Shown: piece after piece, positions 10,906 to 21,866 of the stretch
Layout of the letters: every line of letters begins with the position of its first letter
How positions within the stretch are numbered: the stretch's first letter is position 1
DNA from: Macrostomum hystrix
Taxonomy: Eukaryota; Animalia; Platyhelminthes
Assembly: GCA_950097015.1 (NCBI GenBank)
Contig: CATNEN010000015.1
Coordinates: forward strand, 744,001-808,000
DNA length: 64,000 nucleotides
Direction of reading: 5' to 3'
The notes under the pieces: model-generated
What the model was told of the DNA's origin: nothing
The model's input: the letters and a program-made list of their open reading frames with translations, nothing else
The model's database searches: none
Program-made: the position numbers and the translations under genes

Positions 10906-12798
10906 TCAGTCTGAAGTGCTGCAATATTCCTCCAGCAGTTTAAAATCCTCAAGCCCCAAGATTTTCGAACTCATTCCGAAGCAGTAAATCGTGCCGTTTA
11001 AGCTATAATTGGCAGAATTGGAGTAGCCAATCCACAGTTTCTGAAAGCCGATTGAGTCCGTGTATTCTCCAGGACCGAAAGGGGAAGCGACCTGAAAACG
11101 TTCGTAGATGCTCCCGTTAAAGTAATAGTGCTGGTAGACGGTTCTGTTGAAGGCACAGCCAACAGACACTGTGATGGGCACATTAGTTGTAGGTATAAAG
11201 GTACCGGACCTAGCCAGGTACCTGCCGTAGCCACCTTGGGTCCAAAACGAGTAGGCGTACATATAGTTCAACCTCTTGGCCAGCAAGTGTCCGTTGTAAT
11301 ATGGCGGCACATCGCTCCCGATTATGTGGTAAAACTGGAGGCTGAATTCGGTTGGAATTCTTGATAAGTTCTGGTGGCCTTGAAGTCGGGTATGAGACCA
11401 GATTTAAGTGTACTTACTCATAGTCCATTCTTTGGCGAATCAAGTAGTAAAATGAGAAGGTCTTTCCATAATCCAAGTATTGCTCAAATCCTGGAGTATC
11501 TACGCTCAGATAGGACTTCGGTTTGCCGTAGAACTCAGCTCCTTCACTGCCAACTGTCGGGCCATGAGCAGTGAGCTGATACATTCGCGGATTGACCTCA
11601 TTGGTTAAGCCAGATTTTCGAAACCTGTAGAGCAGCTTCATTTCCAGGTTATGGAGTACGGCAGCAGCACCTGCAACGGTTTTTACTCGTAATATTTACT
11701 CGTAATAGTAAGAAAGAACATAGAAATACGAGCATATACGAGCTAGTATCGTAATAAGCATCAGATATTGGTTTCCTGGATTTTCTGATAGACGGTCTAG
11801 TCTACAGGCGCACTCTGCTGATCGACTGCGACTCTCAGCTCAACGTGCTAGAGCAGTCCAACTCGGTGGTGCTCAGTGGAGACGCTCACTTCTTACAAAT
11901 GGAGATCAGGCGCACCATCTCGCGAGACATCCTCCGTCACCTGCGTTAAACCCTTACAAAGCTCTATATGGGCAGAAGAATAGACAGCATGTACTTTTCA
12001 TGGCAGATCAGCACCACATCATCAGAGGTCATCTGGTTGCTAGGGCATGTGAACTGACCGCCTCCACGCTGCATCCAAACAGCACCTAAGTCAATGAACT
12101 CGTAAGTAAAGCCAAACTTCCTATATTCCATACCCTTTTGGGCTCGGTAGCAGAGCGGTTAACGCGTTTGCCTCTCGCAATAATGTCCCTAAGTTCGACT
12201 CCGCGGCGAGGCCACATTCATTTGGGGCGCAGCCGCGGAGAGAAGGCTTGGGGGGGCTTGTCGTGCAATTTACGCCCTTGAGGGCCAACCTTCAAGGCGC
12301 AGTTAAATGTACACCGTGCCTGACGATGAGAAAGTCAGGGCAGATGTACACACCTGTGTGAGCGTGTGCCTGTGTTCAGAATCTGTGTGTGTGTGTGATC
12401 AGGAGTCAGCGAAATGGGCAGAATTGCCTCCTCGCTGGCTACGGGTCTAGTGTCACCAAATGATTTGCCATTGCCAACAGTCCTCCTTAAATTATAATTA
12501 ATATGATTATACCCTTTGGGGGCAGAACGGATTCCTGCGGGCTGTAGATGAACGCGGCACAAGTTCCGGTTGTCGCCTCGCCCATGTGGCAGGATCCGGT
12601 GGCTGAGTCAATGTGAAAAGTGTTGCAGTTTGCTTTGACACTGCAGACCATTGAGCACTGCAGCTCGCTGCTCACTCGTGTTTGATGGAGCTGTGTGCTA
12701 CTAGGGCATTGCTGCAACTTGCGGAACTGCAGAATTTCTGTGGCCGATGCAGACACCACCACGGTGGCTGCAAGCACCAGACCGAGTGAGAGGTGCAT
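10906..12798 (-). CDS. Secreted PAN/apple domain + LamG/concanavalin-A-like domain protein, paralog 1 (3 exons)
   Basis: Exons 12798-12513, 11670-11418, 11341-10906, GT-AG and phase-compatible. Signal peptide MHLSLGLVLAATVVVSASA. PAN Cys pattern CP..CSMVCSVKANCNTFHIDSATGSC. ConA-like LLYRF..GAEFYG..SYLSV..FSFYY..HYYFNG..LWIG..NGTIYCFGM. Confidence 0.85.
11806..12134. pseudogene. Two short convergent coding-like fragments resembling a ParA/MinD-type (AAA_31) ATPase, inside intron 1 of PAN-LamG paralog 1
   Basis: Plus 11806-11949 translates RRTLLIDCDSQLNVLEQSNSVVLSGDAHFLQMEIRR... Minus 12134-11964 translates GMEYRKFGFTYEFIDLGAVW..NQMTSDDVVLIC..SILLPI*. Similarity to the ParA LLIDxDxQxN and YDFILIDLG..SD motifs was judged by eye only. 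Confidence 0.3.
12140..12502 (+). mobile_element. tRNA-derived SINE, most complete copy
   Basis: Pol III A box TAGCAGAGCGG (12148-12158) and B box GTTCGACTCC (12193-12202). The tRNA-like head ends ..GCGAGGCCA. The body and 3' end (..CTCGCTGGCT.CGGGTCTAGTGTCACCAAATGAT.TGCCATTG) are shared with other copies in the window. The AT-rich tail ends ~10 bp from the intron donor at 12512. Confidence 0.8.
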
Positions 12799-14350
12799 TT
12801 TTATGCAGCTTTAGCCGTCAGTTGTAACTTAGCTTACTGCTGAAACAAGACTTGAGTTGGAACTCAAATCTAAATAGAATATGCAACTTAAAAACGAGCG
12901 TAGATTCGAAAAAACTTATTCACTTTTTTCCGGAAGCATCTAGAACTCCTGATTTTAAATACTCCCTGCTATTGTCAGTAACAGCAAGTCAAACTTTGCT
13001 GTGACAGCCAATAAAAGCAATCATTTCTCCAATTGTTTCATGTTCTATTGCTTAATTTTAGTAGTATGAAGAAATTTTATTGTATCGGGCAAAATTAAGG
13101 TAAGCCATATTAATTCAAGTGCATATCCTTTCTCGCTTGAACGAACCGCTGCGGAAAAAAGGATTTAATTAATTGGATTTTTCAGACAGCACTTGCCCCC
13201 TAAACTATAAACTTGCTGGGTATTTCGACCATTGTCTGGTTTTTATGTAGATGCCGACAATTTGTCTTTACATTTCCAGTTAGGGATCTGAGTAACAGAG
13301 ATCAAAGCCTCTGGTTTTAACAGAATATAGATGAGTTTAAGCATTTTGTGAACCAGAAGCTAGCGTTGATGAAACAAAGCACAAGACTGGGTCGTCTGCA
13401 ATAATTGACAGCGCACTAGTCTTCATGACAGAACACATTCAATATTAATTATTGCAGCACGCATTTAGTACAATAAAACTCGCGATTCTCAAAGCGCTTG
13501 TGCTCATCCCGAAACGCTGCATTGATCTGTAGTTGAGACGCAAGCACTTGAAAACTGCCCTTGTACTCGTATCAACTACTGACGAGAGCGTCAGACCAGG
13601 TAGATAGAAAAGGAATGAGGATATTAGTACGTCTGAGACCTGCAACCAGAACGTTTTTTGAGAAATTATCGATGATAAAGATGCGCGCATGGCCCTAGCT
13701 AATAGCATGCAGGGCTTGGAAAAAGGAGAAGGTTTAACTTGCTCGATCGTGGCACTGCTCAAACCCAGGTGTCTCAACGGAGCCTGGGTTGTCACGCGAG
13801 CTCGAACAGCGCTGCCTCGATCAACGCCGATGATCAGCCAGCTTGAATCGGTAGAACAGCTTCAGCAAAGTAAAGTGATGCAAGCCCAAACACGTCTCCG
13901 GAAAAAATTGTATGGACATGACTACATAATATCGAGCCTTAGTTGAACCCAGCTACTAATTGTAATCTCTAGAGGCAAACGTTTTGGATACATTGTGTGG
14001 AAGGGCTACAATAAAAATTTTTAAGGCTCATAAAATTGTACTCGTATCTTCATAGAAAGAAATGAATCCTGAAAAACTTTGGTTAAATTGGTGAGAATCC
14101 AATAGAGAGAAGTAAATAATGAAGTGAAAACTGATACGGCTGTGGTGTCATTTGCTTAGAATGATCCAGAAGGCCAAGGGAAATGAGCCAGAAGGCCTAT
14201 CACTCGTATAATAGGTGTCACATGAGCCAGCCGACCACATCGGCACTGATAAGCGAGTGTCACCAAGGTAGCATAGGCGGCTGACTGCGCTGAAGTGGGA
14301 TACTTTCAGATAAAGATGGGAAGAATCAGATAAAGAGAACTTCTCTTTCA

Positions 14351-14566
14351 GTTCAAAACGTCCTTCTGCTCACCCTGCAGGGCCCGTTCAGGCGCGGCCA
14401 GGCTCGGACCCGACGCTACGTCGACTGCCTGCTGAGCGACGCCAGGGCGCCCGACACTGCCTCCGGCGCGGACCATGTTCGCGCGCTGGCTCTGCGGCGC
14501 ATCATTTGACGCCGCCCCCCTGACGTTTGGGGCTTGCGTATTTTGTTGTTGTTGTTTGTTGTTGTT
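14351..14566 (+). mobile_element. 5'-truncated 3' end of an RTE-like non-LTR retrotransposon with a (TTG)n tail
   Basis: Plus frame VQNVLLLTLQGPFRRGQARTRRYVDCLLSDARAPD..ALRRII* resembles the GxRxRGRPxxRYxD C-terminus of RTE-type ORF2. It is followed by a short 3' UTR and a TTG microsatellite tail (14541-14566). Confidence 0.7.
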
Positions 14567-14884
14567 CAAAACGGAGCAAGCTAAATTACTCAAATAGAAG
14601 TTCTAGAATTTTGAATTAATAGGATCAGCTTTAGACATTCTTAGACGCTGTTGTGTAGAAATGGAATTCTTATCAAAAATGTCTTACTCTAAGCAAGACT
14701 TTTTGTATCACTTATATTCTTCATGCGAATTCTATTTACTAATAACTAAAAAAATCTTGCTTAGTCGATTGCTCATTGAAGTCTTATTCAAATGGTTCAG
14801 CTTAGGACTCCTAGTCGAGGGGTCACAAGCTCGAATCTCTACTTGACAAGAGAATCGTGAGCATCGTGTTAAATAATTTGCACC

Positions 14885-15952
14885 ATGCACTTACCGCCGC
14901 TGGAGCCTCCAGTGCTTGCCTCGTCCAACACGCAGAGCTGCGCCCAGGTACTGCGGCTGCCAAGTGCGGCAGGATGTCAGGACCTCTTCATGCTGCAAGA
15001 TGTGTCAATCGCTGCCGAGGCTGGATTACACCGTATAGATCTGGCGGCCGGCTGGGCACTGCACTACACGTCAGCGGACAGCAGAGGCTGCGGCAAGTCG
15101 GTGCTCGCCAGACCATGGCTGCGCGAGAGCGTCTGCTTCGTTAGCCTGTTAGCCCGACTGCTCCGTCTGGATGTCAGTCTGCGTCGCCACATTGCGCGGC
15201 TGTTCTGTGCGCTTTCACTCCTGCCCATCAGCAGGAGGCACACACATTCTTCGAGTTCATGTCAGAGCAGCTCCAGATGGTGGCTGACCGCGATACTGTG
15301 GTTGTGCTTGGTGATCTTAATGTCGTCTGTTTGTTTCGCCACGCCAGAACACCGCTGCCCTAGCGACCTGATGTCGGCCCACACGCGCATCCGCAAACCA
15401 CGGCGACCGCGGCAACCGACTGGCGACTGACGGTTGACGAGGCTGCAAGTGGAGCAGGCCGCCTGGCGCAGCTCGACAACGTGCTGGTTCGCTATCCTGT
15501 CGGCAGTCGGCAGAAGAACTGCGACACCGTGGAACCCCTGGCCGTCCGGTCCGATCACCGCCTGCTCTACTGCGGTTCTCCGATCGTGCGGGCCGCCAAA
15601 ATACCCCAGAGCAATATATATTCGTGCCCTTCAAGACCCAGGCACCCGCAGCAGGTTTGTGTGTACTTTTGCGACTGCCCTGGGATCGCAGGCCAGCATC
15701 ATCGGCATCCTGAAGAAGCCGGGCACAACATGGATAGAGGAGCACCGCGGAATTTTGATTATGCCCTGTGCTGCAAAGCTGTTCAACCGGGTGCTGTAAG
15801 CACGGTTACAGCCTGTGCTGAACCCGTACATGCGGTACGACGAGCAGAACAGCTTCCGGCCTCGTCGTGGCACAGTGACGCAAACCCTAGCCTTCCAAGC
15901 CACGGTTGAGGAGCTCAACGAGTTGCATTCAAGAGCTTTTCTAGACACGGCA
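14885..15952 (+). mobile_element. Degenerate, internally deleted non-LTR retrotransposon (APE endonuclease + start of RT)
   Basis: Frameshifted APE motifs: DLAAGWALHYTSADSRG, RDTVVVLGDLNVV, QLDNVLVR, VRSDHRLL. These join directly to RT N-terminal motifs GILKKPG..HRGILIMPCAAKLFNRVL, EQNSFRPRRGT..QTLA and ..AFLD. Confidence 0.9.
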
Positions 15953-16436
15953 TGAGATATGAAAGGAATGGAAAGGGAATGGTATGGGATTTCAAGGGGG
16001 AGAGAGAGAATCCCAGGGGCTAGCTTGAGACGTCAACGGCAATCGTCGGGCTGATATAAGACGCCAATAAAGCCGCGCGACTACCTGAAAAGACGCTAAA
16101 CTTAAGAATGTCAAAATGAAGTGGCTCGGATGTTCATCCAGCTCTGTGAAACGAAAATGACTCCTAAACTGGAAAAATTTTCGAAATAAGACCTGGAAAT
16201 TCGTATTCAGAACACAAGCGTCGCTTAGAAATGTATTTTAGAGTTTATGTGTCCAAAAGGAGCTCGCATATCTCAAAAATGTTGATTTCTACATAGAGAT
16301 GGTAGCCTCTGGTTCTGGTTTTCACGTTTGAAAATAGTTCACTCTCGTTACTGCAGGTGTGATCCGTAACAGGCCAAAAGAACAATAAGAACAAGCTTCA
16401 AAATTTAACCGACTTTCTCGAAGAGAACTCTCGCTT

Positions 16437-17885
16437 CTAGATTGTGCCGCAGTAGTCCTCCAGACGAATAAATTCTTCCAGACTCAAGGCTTTGGTGCTC
16501 ATTCCGAAGCATTCCATGTCACCCAGGAGAGCATTACTGTCGCCAATTCCGATATAGAGGCACTGGAACTTCCTGATGTCGGTGAATACTCCAGGCACAG
16601 ATAAATCCGGATTGGGTCTCGAGCCCTGCAGGGTTCGGTTGAAATAGAAGTGCTGGTATCCAGTCATGTTGTACGCGAATCCAGTAGACACTAGCGCTGG
16701 GGTTCCGATTGCCACCAGAAAGTCTTCCGACATTGAAAACACCTTGTCATATCCTCCGTGAGTCCAGAAGGCGTAGCCGTACACGCGAACATCGTCTTTG
16801 GTGAACAGATTGCCAACATTATAGACGTTATCACATTGCGAAAACTTAAAGTACCTCTGCTGTCTGGAATATTTATTTGAAATACAAAAGCTTCCTAATT
16901 TTTTCTAAATCTCATAACTAACATATTTTCAGCATCTTACCTGGTGCTTGCGTGCAACACTTTTACAAAGAAAGAGAACGTATTTCCCTTGTCCAAGAAT
17001 TTATCAAATCCAGGAGTACTAGTGCTCAGGTATGAGCTTGAACTCCCATTAAACTGAGCACCGGTGCTTCCAACTGTCACACCCACAGCATTCAGGAGGA
17101 ATTGCGTCGGGTCCACCTCGTTCACAAGACCGTTCTTCCTGAACCTGTAGAACAACTTCATCTGCAGCTGGCTGAACAGATCGCAGCCGATGTCTAAAAT
17201 GCGGAATCCGTTGTGCCGGATAAAACGAAACTCTCGTAAGGTTTTTCATGTTGCGAGAAAATGCTCAACTGCTTTTAGTGCTCTTCTAGCACGCTTGTCC
17301 CCTTTGTGGATCTCAAACAATAATTGATAATTCTTCCATTGTCAGTTCTTAGTACATCTAACCATTTGTCAAATAAGCTCCCGGTCTGGCAAAATATACA
17401 TTAAACACCGAAATCCCTAATTAGTGAGCTGAGTCTCTACTCAAAAAAGCTAAAACGCCACAGCTGCAAATATTACTCGCTTCAGTAGATTGAAAAAGTT
17501 TCTAGCAGCCTTCAAGTAGTCTTTGTAATCAGCTTGTGCATCCCCAGCTTCCTCACTCACATCTCGCATCGAAAGCCGAATTTCTCTTGATGATGTACGA
17601 GTCGCATGGTCCGTCACTCCACTGCGTGAGCATAGGTGAGCACGCGTCTCCAAGGTAGCACAATTGGTTGCTCAGGTCGAAGTGAAAGGCGTCACACAGA
17701 AACTGCGCCGTGCTGCAGGCTGAGGCGCACTGAACTCTCCTGAGCAGCTTCAACAGGTGGAGTTTTGCAGCCACCGGGCACTTCCTGGCCAGGACAAACA
17801 GGCTTTGCTCCTGTGAGACTTCGCATTGGCAACCCACAATTAGCGAGAGTATCAAAGTTGACAAGACTAGCGCAAATATTTTCAT
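16437..17885 (-). CDS. Secreted PAN/apple + LamG/ConA-like protein, paralog 2 (3 exons)
   Basis: Exons 17885-17561, 17193-16941, 16863-16437, GT-AG, with the same intron phases (1, then 2) as paralog 1. Signal peptide MKIFALVLSTLILSLIVGCQC. PAN CASACSTAQFLCDAFHFD..CYLG. Clear similarity to paralog 1 (KLFYRFRKNGLVNEV vs KLLYRFRKSGLTNEV; YAFWTHGGY vs YSFWTQGGY). Confidence 0.85.
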
Positions 17886-18614
17886 TGCTTGTTTTGAGAA
17901 TTAAATTAGGTAAAAATGATTCGCGTAGTCCGATCTCCAGAAGCGATTGTTGTCAAATTGCTTTTTATGATGGCAAAGCAATCATTTTCATCCTCCTTTT
18001 TTTCTCTCAGGAACTCTTTCCACTTTTTTGTAGCCGGATGGAGATGTGACGGCAACAATAAAGCTGATCTCTCAGAGACTCACAAAAATCTGTTTAATCC
18101 CACAGCCCATGCAATACCTGCAATGTCCCCTGATGCCTTGCAAAAAGCTTCTGTCAGGCGCGTGTCGCATCCGCTGGGTTTCGCCTGAATCGAAAATGCT
18201 TCGTTGGTAGGCTGCGATCTTATTTTGAGAACAAAAAACTTTTTTTCAGTGAGCAGCAGCTGCCCTAACATGGGTGAAAACGGATTTTATGTTTTTGCAA
18301 AGCAGAAAATAAAAAAGTCAACTGAGTCGATTGAGAAAAAATCTCAGTATTCATCAGGGTGAGTTATCTTGCAAAGAATTCTTTATAATCTCTCGATCGT
18401 AATCGCTTTAAGAGAAGTCAGTAGACACATCCTGCCGAGGCTGCTGGCTCTTAAATTAATTTAGAATTTAGTATAGAAATATATATTTGAATGCTTTGAA
18501 TGCTATCCAGCTAGTCTTTCTGGTAGAAGTGCGGCTTGCTGAGTGGCAATACAATCCACGCCTCCCTGCAGTTTACTTAATTTTATGTCAGGAGAAAAGT
18601 CTTCAGATTCACCT

Positions 18615-20693
18615 TCAGATTGCTGAGTCGAGAGCTCGACGTGCATTTGGATCCGCCTCGTTCACAAGGCCACTTTTCTTGAACTTGTAGACAAACTTGA
18701 TCTGCAGCTTACTGAACAGACCGCATGTGACATCTAAAATTAGAGTTTTGCTGTGAACTGATTCGAATTGGCACTGAAAAACGAAGCGCACAGGGAGGAC
18801 TCATCGAACACGCGCAGGATTTGTGGTGAAGGTCGCAGCCTTCATAGTAGCTCCTGGAATATGCCCAGCAACCAAACATTTCTATTCTCTCACTGAGTCC
18901 TCCTTGCGTAAAGTATAGCTGTTTTAAAATACACTGCAAGCTGGGATATATCCTCACAGCAGTTTGAGAATGACTCCAGAGTTCACACTGAAAGACGGCT
19001 GAAAGGCCAAGAAGTTTTTGTCCTGCCTTCTAAGCTGCAGGCTGAAGGAAACGGAAAGGCAGAAGAACGCTTCATTTCCGCTTCAGATGCATGCGGCAGC
19101 AGGGGCTTGTAAAAAAGCTAGCTAACCTTTCATTAGTCCTTAATTTGTCCTGCTAATCACTTCAGTCTACCGAGCTGTATTGACAGATGTAAGCTTCACT
19201 GGAAGAATGCTAGTAGCCTGTTGTTTGAGCAGTCCATACAAAATCGAGTGTCGTGCGCTTGATGTGCCGCTTATAAATCGATGAGTCACAACTATTGTGT
19301 TTCCCCAATTTTTATCATTTATAAATTAATCATAAATCAGCAAATGAATCAGCAAGTCTAGGCTTTTAGCTTGCGCAAGGAAAAAATTATGAATCTTAAA
19401 TTTGAACCAACAAGGTTTTGTGTTAATTTCTATCCTCTACAAAGTATTTACAAGTACATGTAGCTCTCGTTTCACGCGTTACAACAGGGCTCCGGGATAT
19501 AATATTGTAAAGAACTTCAGCAAGCTCCTAGACAGCGTTTCTGTTTCTGTTCCTGTGAAATATACTCCACCTCCTATCTTCTTGTCATTCATTTGAGCAC
19601 GATTCATTTTCCGGGGCTCAGCCGCGGGGAGAAGGCTTAGAAGCTTGTCGTGCAATTTGCGACCATGAGAGCCGACCCGCAAGGCAAGGCGTACAGTATC
19701 TGTGTGCGTGTGTGCTCAGGAGTCAGCGAAATGGGCCGAATTGCCTTCTCGCTGGCTGCGGGTCTAGTGTCACCAAATGATGTGCCATTGGCCGCAGCCC
19801 TAGAGCAAAAATAGTAATAATATTCGTGCCTGCAAGAGTTCAAGAGCCAAATTGGACTCATGAAATTTTGTTTCTAACTCATTAATTTGTTTTTCTGGAC
19901 GGCGCATTTATTGGCGACTGCGAACTTTCAAAGAAATAGTTTTTTTTCCAAGGCTTATAACGAGTACTGCTTCACGCATTTTGTGATAGTCATTGAAAAT
20001 GCAGCAAAAAGCACATCTTTTCATGGTCTTCGCGGAGACGATGTTTTAAGCAACCTGCATTCTGATTTTCTTGGCTTCAATTTGCTAATATTCATTTATG
20101 TGAGTGCACGTACGCATATTCAGACTCGTCATATATACATTCTGCATGGCTCTCTAAAACCATGAAATCTAACTCCTTAACTCCTTCTGTTCTTTCAGGA
20201 GTCAGAAGCAGCACGCAATTTTTCAGTCTCCTTAGTTATTACGCAACACACCTAGCTGGACCCTCCTAGTCTGCACTCCTAGAACCAACCCCGTACTTCT
20301 AAATGTTGAGTCTTAGAATTTATAGGAAGCAAATTTCATCCACTCTTTGTTAAGAGCACTCTTACTTCTGAGCTGCTAGGTCTTTATTTTATAGCACGGG
20401 CCCCAGCTCTCCGTAACCTGGCTTTCCCACTCAGTCCACCGAGCTAGCGTCGGGCAGGCGTCGCCAAGGTAGCAAAGTAGCTGCTCTGGTCAAAGTGAAA
20501 GGCGTCACACGGAAACTGCACCCTGCTGCAAGTTTCATTGAACTCTGCTGCTCTACCTCACCTGCCGCAGATTAGCAGGAACTGGGCATTGCTTGACCTT
20601 GCGAAAGACAATCGCATTATCAGGACTTCTACATTCCCGTTCTCCTACTAGGAGAAGCAAAAATGGGGGCACTGAAACGTAGGCGCCATTCAT
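18615..20693 (-). pseudogene. Third PAN-LamG paralog, disrupted
   Basis: Exon 1 starts at 20693 (MNGAYVSVPPFLLLLVG..FRKVKQCPVPANLRQVR*) and has in-frame TAG (20555-20553), TGA (20537-20535) and a 1-nt frameshift before CYLGDAC. Exon 2 (18733-18615, DVTCGLFSKLQIKFVYKFKKSGLVNEADP..*) is truncated. No exon 3 was found. Confidence 0.75.
19586..19820 (+). mobile_element. SINE copy, 5'-truncated
   Basis: Matches the body and 3' end of the 12140 copy (GGGGCTCAGCCGCGG.GAGAAGGCTT..CTTGTCGTGCAATTT..CAGGAGTCAGCGAAATGGGC.GAATTGCC..GTCACCAAATGATGTGCCATTG), followed by an A-rich tail. Confidence 0.8.
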
Positions 20694-21791
20694 GATTCAC
20701 CGTGTTGATTTGATGCTAAGCAAGCTCGCAACTGCTAATGCGGCCCAACAAAACACGTGTTCTTATGCTCATCAAGGTGTCAGCCACCAACTTTTTATAC
20801 ATTTTAAAATGTTCTATTTTTTCAGAAGATTGTCGCGGTTTAAAACTTCTAAAAACTCTGTACAAGGGAAACTGGCACAATGGATTTTTACATCAAACGG
20901 GTCGCAGTCACGTCGGTTTTTCACGACAAAGACGCCAAGATCTGTTAACCTGCAGTGCAGAGGGACGCAACACTGCCTTTTCTGCATACCACAAGCGACC
21001 CCAAGCTTTCGTTCGTCACAGTCGGACAATGTTGGAATCAACTTTTTTGTTTTAATTTCCTACGGGGACACCTAATTCAATGCCGGAAATTACTAAAGTC
21101 TGTTTTGAATCGCTTTTTGGGCCTAGACAGATTTCCTAAAAAAGGCGTTTCCAACCATTAAAAAATGGCTACAACCGAGTAAACAATCCGTTAAAATTAA
21201 ACAAAAACAGGAAACTTCAGTTCTGACGAGTCCAATTAAAATATTGGCAAAAACTTGCTATCAAAATTCATTGCACTAATGTTACATTTTGAAGACTGCA
21301 TGCAAGTTAAGATATACCGAGAATTTCAGTCTGTAAAAATCAAGAGAAAAGTCGATTGACTGAAAGCGTCCGTCTAGAAAAAGCTGGAAGGGCCACTCGG
21401 TTATCGCAGAAAAGTTTAGAAATCGTTATGAAAACGCAAATTGTTTACGCAGGTAAAAACAAAACAAAACATATTGATGCATGCAGTAGGAACCAATTTG
21501 AAAATCATGGAGCAGCCTGACAGAATTTAGAAAACTGATCTGTCGCGAATATAGATAAAATTCAGCAAAGCACCTTTTAAGTGACAAGAAAAAATGGGCA
21601 TCTAATGCTTGACTTACATAATTAATTTATAACAAGTTTGAGCAATCTATTGGCACTTAATAAAAGCTGTCGAAATACAGAGAGAGATTGGTTATCATTG
21701 CTTTAGAAGGTACATTGTGTTCTTAGAAGTCACAGGACAAGAAATACTAGATAAAAAACGGTTTAGTATTGCGAACAAGGCCGTCATGTTA

Positions 21792-21819
21792 GTGTAATGT
21801 GTAATGTGTAATGTGTAAT
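21792..21819. repeat. (GTGTAAT)x4 microsatellite in the probable MOB3 3' UTR
   Basis: Directly visible. Confidence 0.9.
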
Positions 21820-21866
21820 GCTTTACGAGAATATTCTTATTTCCGAAGTGAATACGGCTGAAAAAC

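Noticed and set aside
12140-12214. Functional tRNA gene
   Set aside because: A and B boxes are present, but I could not fold a clean cloverleaf, and the sequence runs into a body shared with dispersed copies, as in a SINE.
13200-13950. Degenerate coding-like stretch (ORFs 13445-13795 and 13689-13946)
   Set aside because: It has multiple stops and no motif I can assign to a family.
20692-21075. Plus-strand ORFs of 105-127 aa
   Set aside because: No recognisable domain and no consistent exon partners; a vague likeness to PAN-LamG exon 2 is too weak.
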